Shown here one piece after another: positions 27,898 to 37,355 of a stretch of 64,000 nucleotides of DNA (its first letter is position 1; the number at the start of each line of letters is the position of its first letter). This stretch comes from Porphyromonadaceae bacterium UBA2751. Its GTDB lineage: Bacteria; Bacteroidota; Bacteroidia; Bacteroidales; Muribaculaceae. Location: positions 2,240 to 66,239 of the forward strand of contig DEJJ01000011.1 of assembly GCA_002353285.1 (NCBI GenBank), written 5' to 3'. The position numbers and the translations under genes were made by a program. The notes under the pieces are model-generated. The model made no database searches. It was not told the origin of the DNA and was given only the letters and a program-made list of their open reading frames with translations.

Positions 27898-29208
27898 ATG
27901 AACATACTAATAGTTGGAACAGGATATGCAGGCCTGGTGACAGGAGCTTGCTTTGCCGACCTGGGAGTGAACGTGACTTGCGTCGACACCGATGCTCGAA
28001 AAATCAACCTCCTGCTTTACGGAGGGCTGCCAATCTATGAGCAGGGTCTGGAAGACATGGTGAAACGCTCGGTTGAGGCTCGCCGTCTCAACTTCACGAG
28101 TAATTTCTCCAATATATTCGACAATGTGGATTATGTGTTTTGCGCCGTAGACACGCCACCGGCTCAAGATGGCGGCACCGACCTAACTCAAGTGATTGAC
28201 ACAGCGACAAGATTTGCTAAAAACATCAACAACTATGCTGTGTTCATCATCAAGTCGACAGTTCCTCTGGGCACCTCCAAGAAGATAAAAGAGCTCATAG
28301 CAGGAATCCTGAAGGACCGCAATGTGGACTTCGGCTTTGACGTGGTGTCGAACCCCGACTTCCTGACCGAGGGCAATGCCATCAAGAACTTCATGAACCC
28401 CGACCGCATTATCCTGGGTGTTGACAACGACCGCTCTCGCCGAGCGATGGACACGCTGTATCATCCGCTCAAGTTCAAGTATTTTCCTGTGATATACACC
28501 GACTCGACCACAGCGGAGATGATAAAATATGCCGCCACATCGATGCTCGCCACCCGCGTGAGCTTCATGAACGAGATTGCCAACTTGTGTGAGATAGTGG
28601 GCGCCGACATAAACACCGTGCGTCACGGCGTGGGTACCGACAGCCGCATTGGCCCAAAATACATCTACCCTGGCTGCGGCTATGGCGGCACCCTCTTCCC
28701 CAAGGACATTAACGACCTAATCAACATTGGCGAGAAGAATGGTTACTCGATGGAAGTGCTCAAGGCTGTGGACAAGGTTAACAGCCAGCAGAAGCAGCGA
28801 CTGTTTGAGAAATTCAGTAACTACTTTGGCGGTGACATCAAGGGCAAGACTGTGGCACTGTGGGGCCTCTCGTTCAAGCCCAACACCGATGACATAAGCG
28901 AGTCGCCAGCCATCACCACCATCGACATGCTGCTTCAGGCAGGATGCCATGTGCGCGTGTTTGACCCGGTAGCAATGAATGCCATTAAGTTCAGGTGGAA
29001 CGACATCTACTGCGCTCTCGACATTTACGACGCCGTGAACAAGGCCGATGCCGTGATGCTCGTGACCGAGTGGCGGCAGTTCCGCGTGCCGGCATGGGAG
29101 AAAGTGAAAGAGGCGATGCGCACCCCACTGGTGATTGATGGCCGCAACATCTACGACGGCAAGGAGCTTGAGGAAATGGGCTTCAGCTACACATGCATTG
29201 GCAAATGA
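27898..29208 (+). CDS. ugd: UDP-glucose/GDP-mannose dehydrogenase homologue with substituted catalytic residues
   Basis: GTGYAG, IKSTVP, SNPDFLTEG, EMIKYAAT, GYGGTLFPKD (canonical GGSCFPKD), FKPNTDD, IDGRNIY. Confidence 0.85.
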   Translation: MNILIVGTGYAGLVTGACFADLGVNVTCVDTDARKINLLLYGGLPIYEQGLEDMVKRSVEARRLNFTSNFSNIFDNVDYVFCAVDTPPAQDGGTDLTQVIDTATRFAKNINNYAVFIIKSTVPLGTSKKIKELIAGILKDRNVDFGFDVVSNPDFLTEGNAIKNFMNPDRIILGVDNDRSRRAMDTLYHPLKFKYFPVIYTDSTTAEMIKYAATSMLATRVSFMNEIANLCEIVGADINTVRHGVGTDSRIGPKYIYPGCGYGGTLFPKDINDLINIGEKNGYSMEVLKAVDKVNSQQKQRLFEKFSNYFGGDIKGKTVALWGLSFKPNTDDISESPAITTIDMLLQAGCHVRVFDPVAMNAIKFRWNDIYCALDIYDAVNKADAVMLVTEWRQFRVPAWEKVKEAMRTPLVIDGRNIYDGKELEEMGFSYTCIGK

Positions 29209-29248
29209 TGCCCCCCCTATCATTGTTAACCAAAAATAACCACAATGA

Positions 29249-30670
29249 ATGCTTAAAAGAATCAAAATCTTAATTGCAGCAACGATGCTCATGGCGTTGT
29301 TGCCCGCTGGCAAGGCAACTGCTCAATGCTCGGCCAATGCTGCTGGCAACAACGAGATTATATTACACGCTTGGTCATGGTCGTTCAACACAATTGCTGA
29401 GCACCTTCAAGAGATTAAAGACGCAGGCTACACGATAGTCCAGACCTCGCCCATCAACGAATGTTACATTGGCGACAATGGCGGCAGGCAACTGTTTGGT
29501 AATGGCAAGTGGTACTACCATTACCAACCCACTGACTGGACCATAGGCAACTATCAGCTGGGCACGCGCGATGAGTTTAAAAGCATGTGCGAGAAGGCCA
29601 ACAAGCTGGGCTTGAGGGTGATTGTTGACGTGCTGCCCAACCACACGGTGATTGACCGCAGTCAAATCAATGCACGCCTTGACAGTGCCGTCAACGGCCG
29701 TGAGAATCTGTTTCACGCCAATGGTCTGTGGCCTATTGCCAATTACAATGACCGCTATCAGTGCACTACCGGCGAGATGGGACGATTGCCCGACGTGAAC
29801 ACCGAGAATCCCGACTTCCAGTATTATTACATGCAATATGTGAACGATGTTCTGGCTTGCGGCGCACGTGGTTTTCGCTACGACACAGCCAAGCACATAG
29901 GTCTTCCCGATGAGCCTCGCGACCCCAAGTCGCCACAAAACGACTTTTGGGATGTGGCAACAGGACGAAAAGCCGCGAAGGGATTGCGACTCGCCATTCC
30001 GCGCGACGAGCTATTCATCTATGGCGAAGTGCTTCAAGACAAGAATGTACCCGAGCAAGGTTATGCCCAGTACATGGATCTCACAGCAAGCAACTATGGC
30101 TGGGTGCTGCGCAATGCCCTTAACAAGCACAATGCCAAGGAAGGCGACCTGCTCAGCTGGCACCACAGCGTAGACCCTGCCCACCTTATCACGTGGGTGG
30201 AATCACACGACACCTATTGCAACGACCATGCCTCGGCCTCCATGAGCGACGAGCTCGTGCGCCTGGGATGGGTGTTTCTCACTGCTCGCCAGCACGGCAC
30301 TCCCCTATTCTACTCGCGTCCGCATGGCTGCACCCGCGAGAACTACTGGGGCGACAACGAGATTGGCAAGGTGGGAAACGATGAGTTCAAGCACCCCGTG
30401 GTGAAGGCCGTCAATGAGTTCCGCCACGCTAATGCTTGCAATCCCGAGAACATCATCATCAGCGATGACGGAAAGCTTATCATCGTTGAGCGTGGCAAGA
30501 AAGCAGCAGTGGTAATCAACCTCGATGAGCATCCTGCCACTGTGGCACAGCCAGTAACCGTTGAGAACGGGAAATATCGCGATGCTGTGACCAAACAACA
30601 AATTCAGGTGAAGAAGGGCCTGCTCACAGCAACACTCGCCCCAATGAGTGCCTACATCCTGAGCAAGTAA
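29249..30670 (+). CDS. Secreted alpha-amylase (GH13)
   Basis: Signal peptide; DVLPNH, GFRYDTAKH, YGEVLQ and WVESHD catalytic regions. Confidence 0.92.
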   Translation: MLKRIKILIAATMLMALLPAGKATAQCSANAAGNNEIILHAWSWSFNTIAEHLQEIKDAGYTIVQTSPINECYIGDNGGRQLFGNGKWYYHYQPTDWTIGNYQLGTRDEFKSMCEKANKLGLRVIVDVLPNHTVIDRSQINARLDSAVNGRENLFHANGLWPIANYNDRYQCTTGEMGRLPDVNTENPDFQYYYMQYVNDVLACGARGFRYDTAKHIGLPDEPRDPKSPQNDFWDVATGRKAAKGLRLAIPRDELFIYGEVLQDKNVPEQGYAQYMDLTASNYGWVLRNALNKHNAKEGDLLSWHHSVDPAHLITWVESHDTYCNDHASASMSDELVRLGWVFLTARQHGTPLFYSRPHGCTRENYWGDNEIGKVGNDEFKHPVVKAVNEFRHANACNPENIIISDDGKLIIVERGKKAAVVINLDEHPATVAQPVTVENGKYRDAVTKQQIQVKKGLLTATLAPMSAYILSK

Positions 30671-30693
30671 CTGCCTAAAACCGCATAATAATG

Positions 30694-30730
30694 AGACAAC
30701 GAGGAGTCAATTCTCGTTGTCTTTTCATTT
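30694..30730 (+). terminator. Intrinsic terminator
   Basis: AGACAACGAG/CTCGTTGTCT stem plus T-rich tail. Confidence 0.7.
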
Positions 30731-30766
30731 AATAAGTCAGGAATCAGTGCAATGAGAGCGGATGGC

Positions 30767-31855
30767 TCATCTCAGTGCTGCGACAAAGTCATGCCACCGC
30801 TGGATGAGGGCCACCATGTCGGGTGGCAGCTCGCTGTCGAAGTCCATTTGCTGTCCTGTGCGCGGATGGACGAAGCCCAGCGTCTTGGCATGAAGAGCCT
30901 GCCGCGGACACAGCTTGAAACAGTTGTGAATAAACTGCGCATAGCTCGATGAGGTGTTGCCACGCAGAATTTTGTCGCCGCCATAACGCTCGTCGTTGAA
31001 GAGCGGATGGCCGATGTGGCGCATGTGCACGCGAATTTGATGCGTGCGCCCCGTCTCGAGCTGGCATCGCACCACGGCCACATGGTTCAGATTCTCGATA
31101 GTGTGATAGTGGGTGACGGCATGCTTGCCCATGTCGCCCTCGGGAAAGACAGCCATCTGCAAGCGGTCGCGCAAGCTGCGGCCAATGTTTCCCTCGATGG
31201 TGCCGTCGAGCTGCTTCATTGCACCCCACACCACGGCGATGTATTGCCGCTTGGTGGTCTTGTTGAAGAACTGCAATCCCAGCGATGTCTTGGCATCGGG
31301 TGTCTTAGCCACCACGAGCAAGCCGCTGGTGTCCTTGTCGATGCGGTGCACCAGCCCCATGCGCGGGTCGGTTATATCATAGTTTGGATTGTCCTTGAAG
31401 TGCCATGCCAGTGCATTGACAAGGGTGCCATCGTAATTCCCATGACCTGGATGCACACACATGCCAGCGGGCTTGTTGACCACAAGCAAGTCGTCATCCT
31501 CGTAGACGATGTTGAGCGGGATGTCCTGAGCGATAATCTCATTCTCATATCGAGGACGGTCCATCACAACCGAGATTTCGTCGCCAGGATGCACACGGTA
31601 GTTGCTCTTTACAGCGCGCCCATTAACGCGAATGCACTGTGCCTCGGCAGCATTCTGGATGCGGTTGCGCGAAGTGCCCTTGATGCGCTCAACCAGGTAC
31701 TTATCGATGCGCAGCAGCACATGGCCAGGCTCCACCACATAGTGGTAGTGCTCCCAGTAGTCGCGGCCGTTCTCGGTGAAATCGGGGTCGGAGAAATCGC
31801 TCTGAATTTCGAGTTGCTCATCATTGATGGGCATGGCGTCGTCGATTTGTGCCAT
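30767..31855 (-). CDS. rluD: RluA/RluD family pseudouridine synthase
   Basis: S4 domain, VNKPAG, HRIDKDTSG, LETGRTHQIR. Confidence 0.93.
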   Translation of the reverse strand: MAQIDDAMPINDEQLEIQSDFSDPDFTENGRDYWEHYHYVVEPGHVLLRIDKYLVERIKGTSRNRIQNAAEAQCIRVNGRAVKSNYRVHPGDEISVVMDRPRYENEIIAQDIPLNIVYEDDDLLVVNKPAGMCVHPGHGNYDGTLVNALAWHFKDNPNYDITDPRMGLVHRIDKDTSGLLVVAKTPDAKTSLGLQFFNKTTKRQYIAVVWGAMKQLDGTIEGNIGRSLRDRLQMAVFPEGDMGKHAVTHYHTIENLNHVAVVRCQLETGRTHQIRVHMRHIGHPLFNDERYGGDKILRGNTSSSYAQFIHNCFKLCPRQALHAKTLGFVHPRTGQQMDFDSELPPDMVALIQRWHDFVAALR

Positions 31856-32505
31856 TATTCCTCGTTAGGGTGCAACTTAGCCTCGGCAGCAGCCTTCTCG
31901 CGTTGCTGCTGCTGGAGTGAGTCTTGCAGGTTGTCGGGCAGCACGTCGAATGGCATTTCTGGCACAAGTCCATCGCCCACCTCAATGCTGATTTGGTCCT
32001 TGAGCGACACCTTACTGCCAGGTGTGACCGGATGCCCATTGACCTTGACTGCCAGCACCAAGCCCTCGTCGGCACTTGGCACCGTGTCGACCGTCACGTG
32101 CCTGAATCCCATCGAGGTGAGGCGGTTCACAGCATCACGACAGGATATCTCGCTAAGGATAGGCAGATTCACCATCTTGGGATTGAAAGCGTTAATTGTC
32201 AAGTAAATCACGCGCGTGGTCTTAGCCATGGCGTTGCCCTTGGGCTCTTGCTCAAGCACCATGCCAGGCTTAATGGCCTCGTTAAATAGCGAGTCGCCAA
32301 TTTCCCACTCAAATCCTGCAGCCTCAATCTTGCGAATGGCGTTCTCCAGACTCATGTTGCGCACGCTCGGCACCTTAGCCTCCTGACCATGCAGCGTGAA
32401 GATGTCGACCAGCAAATATAGAGCATACCACACTGCAAAAAAGACTATTATAACTCCCAGTGCATTAACCAAGATGGGATGCTTCTTTCCAAATTCTCCA
32501 AACAT
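31855..32505 (-). CDS. PASTA domain membrane protein
   Basis: N-terminal TM; FTLHGQ..VPSV, VLEQEP; conserved upstream of rluD in Bacteroidales. Confidence 0.85.
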   Translation of the reverse strand: MFGEFGKKHPILVNALGVIIVFFAVWYALYLLVDIFTLHGQEAKVPSVRNMSLENAIRKIEAAGFEWEIGDSLFNEAIKPGMVLEQEPKGNAMAKTTRVIYLTINAFNPKMVNLPILSEISCRDAVNRLTSMGFRHVTVDTVPSADEGLVLAVKVNGHPVTPGSKVSLKDQISIEVGDGLVPEMPFDVLPDNLQDSLQQQQREKAAAEAKLHPNEE

Positions 32506-32648
32506 ATATTAGTGAATGTAAATTCCAATTTTCGGTTTTAACGCACAAAGATAGCAATTTGAGCATAAACACACAAAAAAATCACTCACTTTTTCTTGTT
32601 TTGGCTCTTTTGCGATGGCCAAGCAGGGCTGGCTGTGCGAGCCAGAGC

Positions 32649-32679
32649 AAGAGGGCCACCCGCCGTGAGTGACCCTCTT
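32649..32679. terminator. Hairpin downstream of the M6 protease gene
   Basis: AAGAGGG(C)CAC / GTG(A)CCCTCTT imperfect inverted repeat. Confidence 0.55.
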
Positions 32680-32730
32680 AAAAGACTTGCAGCGCCTGAT
32701 GCAAACTTATTGCCTTGGCAGCTCGCTTTG

Positions 32731-34962
32731 CTAATTGTTAAGCAAGATGCTGTAAACCGCAGTCACATCGCCCGATGTAATGATGCCATCGCCATCTTGG
32801 TCACCATTAACGATGGCGCTCATGTCGCCACTGAGCAGGAATGAGTAAAGTGCTGTGACATCGGCACTGGTGACGCTGCCATCGCCATTCACGTCGCCAG
32901 CAATCACGCCGCCAGCAATCACGTCGGTATAATGGATGGTGAAGTCGTCAACATAAGCCTTATAGCTGGTTGCACCAGCCGTCAGGCCAATGCGGTAGCG
33001 AGCAGGCACGTTCATGTTGAAGAAATACTTCAGTGTAGCATCGCTGCTGGCAGCAACCGTCGTAGAGGTCTCACCATTACTGTTGGCCACAGCATTCCAC
33101 GTCGCGCCTTGGTCGGTAGAGCAGTAGAGCACAACTTTAGCCACAGTGCTCGCAGTGTTGTGCACATCCAGCGTCACCATGTAGCTCACATATCGCACAT
33201 CTTGTGTCATCGTCAGCGCCGCAGGCTTCTTCATCACAACCGCATGCTCACCATTGCACAAGCCCTCCTCGGGGGCTGTAACATAGCAGTTCACGAATTT
33301 CCACTTGGCATAAACGCCCTGCACATCGGTGGCAGGAGCAGCAGTGGTTGCAGCCATCTGCTCAAAATCCTCAACCACGCTGTGCAGCGATGTGTCGTCG
33401 CCCACCGTGAAGCGAATCACCCCATCCTCCTCGCTGATGCCAGTGATATTGTACTGGCAGGCCACTCCGTTCCATGTCACCAGGCTCGGTGTTGTGGTGT
33501 TGGTGATCAGCGACGCACCAGCAGGGAAGGCATCATCGGCCTGAGCAGTGCCGCCACCATTGCCTGCACGCAGCAGCACATAGTAGTTGTGGCTGGGATC
33601 AGAATTGGGATTGTTGCTGGCCCAGGCGTTGACATCGGTAGAATCGACACGGCAAATGAGCATGCCATGCCCTGGAGCATAGGCATCCCACTTGGTGTTC
33701 TGGCGATTCTCGATATAGAACTTCACCTGGCTCTCGGGGCTGTTGATGATGTAGCCCTCGCCAGTGGTGCCTATCTGGTTCAAAGTGTATTCACCCTTAG
33801 TGGTGATAGTCTGGGCATTGGCAAAGCCAATCGAGTAGCGGTCGTAGAGGCTATAGGCCACAGGCGTGCGGGAGTAGTTCTGATAGCTGCCACCAGCCAT
33901 GATGTCCCACTGCCCTGGGTGCTGGCTCTGGCCACCGCTTTGCTCATAATCGGTATCGTAAAGGTCGGGCAAGCCCAGCACGTGGCTGAACTCGTGGCAG
34001 ATGGTGCCAATGCCGTCGAAGATGCCATAGCTAGAGTTGTAAAGATACTCGGTAGAGCAGGCGTAGGTGTGGAAACGTACCCCGTCGAGTTGCACATCTT
34101 CCCAATAAAGGCTGCTCTTGTGTGGCCACAGGTGAGTCGTGCTGCCATCGCTGTTAGAGCCACTGCCTGCGCCAATGAAATACACCATGTCGACGAGTCC
34201 GTCGCCGTCGGTATCGTACTGGCTAAAGTCCACCTGCGAGTCAATTTGGTTAAGAGCCGCGGCCCATATTTCACCGGTGTTATCCCACTTCTGATGGTAA
34301 TCAACCGAATAGTTGCTCAGGTGGACGGGCCCATACACGTCGAAGGTGGGACTAAAGCGACCCTGACTGTTGTCGGAGTAATAGTCGCGCACGCTGCCAG
34401 TGCACGCTCCATAGTTGTTAGGAGTGCCATTCTCATTGGTATAGCCTGTGTAGTTAGGCTCGTTGACCATGCGGTTGAAGAACTGCTGTGCATCGCTGCG
34501 TGTGAACTCACAATCGTAATAATCAACAAGAATGATGAGCCCCCTGAAGTTGTTGTAGTCATACTGCGCATCTTTGGCTCCAGCAGCCTTGGTTTGTGCA
34601 TCGATAGGGGCACGTTTCAGCTTAGCGTTACGAGCGTCGGCCTTGCTGAAAACACTTTTCTCTAAGGAGCTAACAAACTGAGCTTCACTCAACGAGCGCT
34701 CATTCACGTTGTGAGCAATCACTTTGCTTGGAACCAGATTGTCATTCTGGCTTAGGGCATAGACAAAATAGCCAGTGTGATTGCGCACTATGGTGTAACC
34801 ATCGACAGTAGTGTGATAGTTGAAGAACTCGTCGCCAACTATTTTAATCGTCAATTGCGTGCCATCGGGCTGAGTAACCTGAATGGGGGTTGGCACAGCT
34901 GGAACAGCCTTAGCTGCAATAGCAACCATGGCCCCAGCAATCAATAATAGTAATTTTCTCAT
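32731..34962 (-). CDS. Secreted M6-family (immune inhibitor A-like) metalloprotease with C-terminal type I dockerin
   Basis: QPDG propeptide, GSVRDYY.DNS, GIGTICHEFSHVLGLPDLYD, WDIMAGG; ends GDVNGDGSVTSAD..GDQDGDGIITSGD. Confidence 0.93.
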   Translation of the reverse strand: MRKLLLLIAGAMVAIAAKAVPAVPTPIQVTQPDGTQLTIKIVGDEFFNYHTTVDGYTIVRNHTGYFVYALSQNDNLVPSKVIAHNVNERSLSEAQFVSSLEKSVFSKADARNAKLKRAPIDAQTKAAGAKDAQYDYNNFRGLIILVDYYDCEFTRSDAQQFFNRMVNEPNYTGYTNENGTPNNYGACTGSVRDYYSDNSQGRFSPTFDVYGPVHLSNYSVDYHQKWDNTGEIWAAALNQIDSQVDFSQYDTDGDGLVDMVYFIGAGSGSNSDGSTTHLWPHKSSLYWEDVQLDGVRFHTYACSTEYLYNSSYGIFDGIGTICHEFSHVLGLPDLYDTDYEQSGGQSQHPGQWDIMAGGSYQNYSRTPVAYSLYDRYSIGFANAQTITTKGEYTLNQIGTTGEGYIINSPESQVKFYIENRQNTKWDAYAPGHGMLICRVDSTDVNAWASNNPNSDPSHNYYVLLRAGNGGGTAQADDAFPAGASLITNTTTPSLVTWNGVACQYNITGISEEDGVIRFTVGDDTSLHSVVEDFEQMAATTAAPATDVQGVYAKWKFVNCYVTAPEEGLCNGEHAVVMKKPAALTMTQDVRYVSYMVTLDVHNTASTVAKVVLYCSTDQGATWNAVANSNGETSTTVAASSDATLKYFFNMNVPARYRIGLTAGATSYKAYVDDFTIHYTDVIAGGVIAGDVNGDGSVTSADVTALYSFLLSGDMSAIVNGDQDGDGIITSGDVTAVYSILLNN

Positions 34963-35200
34963 TGTTTTATATATAAATGTGTTTGGTTAATAATCAAAGA
35001 AATTGCAAATATAGTGTTTTTTTCAATAATTAAGGGGTTTTGTTGGAAATATATTCTTCTTTGCACTTGTTTTTAAAAAAAGCAAACACTAATAACAAAC
35101 AACTAAAAAACATTTTGTAACTTTGCAATTTGAAAGGCCAAACAAATGGCTTTTGCAATCAAAAAATATCATTGAATAATTATAACAATCTCAATCAATT

Positions 35201-36916
35201 ATGGCCGCGATAAACGAAACAAAACCAGCCGAGGAGAAAAAAGTACTAAACTTCGTGCAGCAACTGGTTGCCGACGATCTTGCAGCAGGCAAGAACGGTG
35301 GGCGCCTGAACACTCGTTTCCCGCCCGAACCCAATGGCTATCTGCACATTGGCCATGCCAAGGCGATATGCATGGACTTTGGCGTTGCCGAGATGTTTGG
35401 TGGCACTTGCAACCTGCGCTTCGACGACACAAACCCACAGAAGGAAGACACCGAGTACGTCGAGGCAATCAAGCGCGACATCCACTGGCTCGGCTACGAC
35501 TGGGGCGACCGCCTCTACTACGCCAGCGACTATTTCGAGAAGCTCTACGACTTTGCCGTTGATCTTATCAAGCGTGGACTCGCCTACGTCGATGACCAAA
35601 CCAGTGAGCAGATTGCGCAGCAAAAGGGCACCCCCACCCAGGCCGGCACCGAGAGTCCATACCGCAACCGCTCGGTGGAGGAGAACCTCGACCTTTTTGA
35701 GCGGATGAATGCTGGAGAGTTTGACGAGGGAAGCCGCGTGCTTCGCGCCAAGATTGACATGGCGTCGAGCAACATGCACTTTCGCGACCCCATCATGTAC
35801 CGCATCATCAAGACTCCCCACTGGCGCACCGGCACCAAGTGGAAGGTCTACCCCATGTATGACTTCGCCCATGGCCAGAGCGACTACTTCGAGGGTGTGA
35901 CCCACTCTATCTGCACGCTGGAGTTCGTGCCTCACCGCCCGCTCTACGACTACTTTGCACATCTGCTGGCTGGCGACACCGTGGATCAGTATTGCCCCCG
36001 TCAGATTGAGTTTAACCGCCTCAACCTCACCTACACTGTGATGAGCAAGCGCAAGCTACTGCAACTGGTCAAGGAAGGACTCGTGGCAGGCTGGGACGAC
36101 CCACGCATGCCCACCATCTGTGGCCTGCGCCGTCGTGGTTACACTCCACAATCAATTAAGAACTTCCTTGATGACATAGGCTACACAAAATATGAGGCCC
36201 TGAACGACATCGACCTGCTCGAGCACAACATCCGCGAAGACCTCAACAAACATGCCAACCGCGTGTGCGCTGTGATCAATCCCGTGAAGGTGGTTATCAC
36301 CAACTATCCCGAGGACAAGGTGGAGATGCTCGCTATGGACAACAACCCCGAGCAGGAAAACGCAGGCACCCACGAGATGCCATTCTGCCGCGAGATCTAC
36401 ATCGAGCGCGACGACTTCATGGAGAATCCTCCCAAGAAGTTCTTCCGCCTCACCCCTGGCAAGGAAGTGCGACTCAAGGGTGGCTACATCATCATGTGCA
36501 ACGACGTGGTGAAAGATGCCGACGGCAACATCACCGAGATTCACTGCTCCTACGACCCCGACACCCTCAGCGGCACGCCAGGCAGCATGCGCAAGGTGAA
36601 AGGCACACTGCACTGGGTATCGGCACGTCATGCCGTGGATGCCGAGGTGAGGCTCTACGACCGACTCTTTGCCGTCGAGAACCCATCGGCCGTGACCGAC
36701 AAGGATTTCCGCGAGCTTCTTAACCCCGACTCTCTCAAGGTGGTAACCAATGCCAAGGTGGAGCCCTATCTCGCCGAGATAGCCAAACCTGAGGACAAAT
36801 TCCAGTTCCAACGCATAGGCTACTTCTGCGTGGATCTCGACAGCACCCCTGACCATCTGGTGTTTAACCGCACCATCACGCTCAAGGACAGCTGGGCCAA
36901 GGCACAAAAGAAGTGA
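35201..36916 (+). CDS. glnS: Glutamine--tRNA ligase
   Basis: [30 protein letters not shown]. Confidence 0.97.
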   Translation: MAAINETKPAEEKKVLNFVQQLVADDLAAGKNGGRLNTRFPPEPNGYLHIGHAKAICMDFGVAEMFGGTCNLRFDDTNPQKEDTEYVEAIKRDIHWLGYDWGDRLYYASDYFEKLYDFAVDLIKRGLAYVDDQTSEQIAQQKGTPTQAGTESPYRNRSVEENLDLFERMNAGEFDEGSRVLRAKIDMASSNMHFRDPIMYRIIKTPHWRTGTKWKVYPMYDFAHGQSDYFEGVTHSICTLEFVPHRPLYDYFAHLLAGDTVDQYCPRQIEFNRLNLTYTVMSKRKLLQLVKEGLVAGWDDPRMPTICGLRRRGYTPQSIKNFLDDIGYTKYEALNDIDLLEHNIREDLNKHANRVCAVINPVKVVITNYPEDKVEMLAMDNNPEQENAGTHEMPFCREIYIERDDFMENPPKKFFRLTPGKEVRLKGGYIIMCNDVVKDADGNITEIHCSYDPDTLSGTPGSMRKVKGTLHWVSARHAVDAEVRLYDRLFAVENPSAVTDKDFRELLNPDSLKVVTNAKVEPYLAEIAKPEDKFQFQRIGYFCVDLDSTPDHLVFNRTITLKDSWAKAQKK

Positions 36917-36978
36917 GAGGTAAGCTTTTAATTTAAGTTTTGCAGGTTGATAACTTGCTCACTTGACACACATAATCT

Positions 36979-37063
36979 TCAAACAACAAGAACAACATTC
37001 CAACAACTAAAAACAATTTTTTTCTGTTGTTATTGTTGTTAACAAGTTGTGAGAGTTGTTTGA
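36979..37063. repeat. Inverted pair of ACAAC-phased ~43-bp elements
   Basis: TCAAACAAC...GTTGTTTGA arms; related copies at 4661-4703 and 24637-24679. Confidence 0.7.
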
Positions 37064-37085
37064 TATAACACTTGACACTTAACAC

Positions 37086-37355
37086 TTGGAATTAGTAGAG
37101 TCGCTATCAAAATCGCTCAAGCGCAACAAGAGCGATGTCAACAAACTGATTGAAGCTCTGGGCAACGTGGTGAGCGAGCGTTGCTCGGAGCTCGACAGCA
37201 TTAGTGTGCCCAGATTTGGCACCATAGAGGCCATCAAGCACAAGGAGGCCATCGAGGTGAATCACGACACAGGCGAGCGCATGCTGCTGCCCCCTCGGAT
37301 TGAAGTGAATTTCACTGCCAGCACTGTGCTTAAAAAACAACTAAACCAGTCATGA
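37086..37355 (+). CDS. HU family DNA-binding protein (TTG start, uncertain)
   Basis: ISVPRFGTIE, VNHDTGERMLLPPRIEVNF. Confidence 0.85.
   Translation: MELVESLSKSLKRNKSDVNKLIEALGNVVSERCSELDSISVPRFGTIEAIKHKEAIEVNHDTGERMLLPPRIEVNFTASTVLKKQLNQS

Noticed and set aside
32932-34665. 577-aa plus-strand ORF (likewise 50016-51431, 31007-32206, 62665-63714, 23233-24300)
   Set aside because: Antisense to well-supported genes; no motifs or initiation signals.
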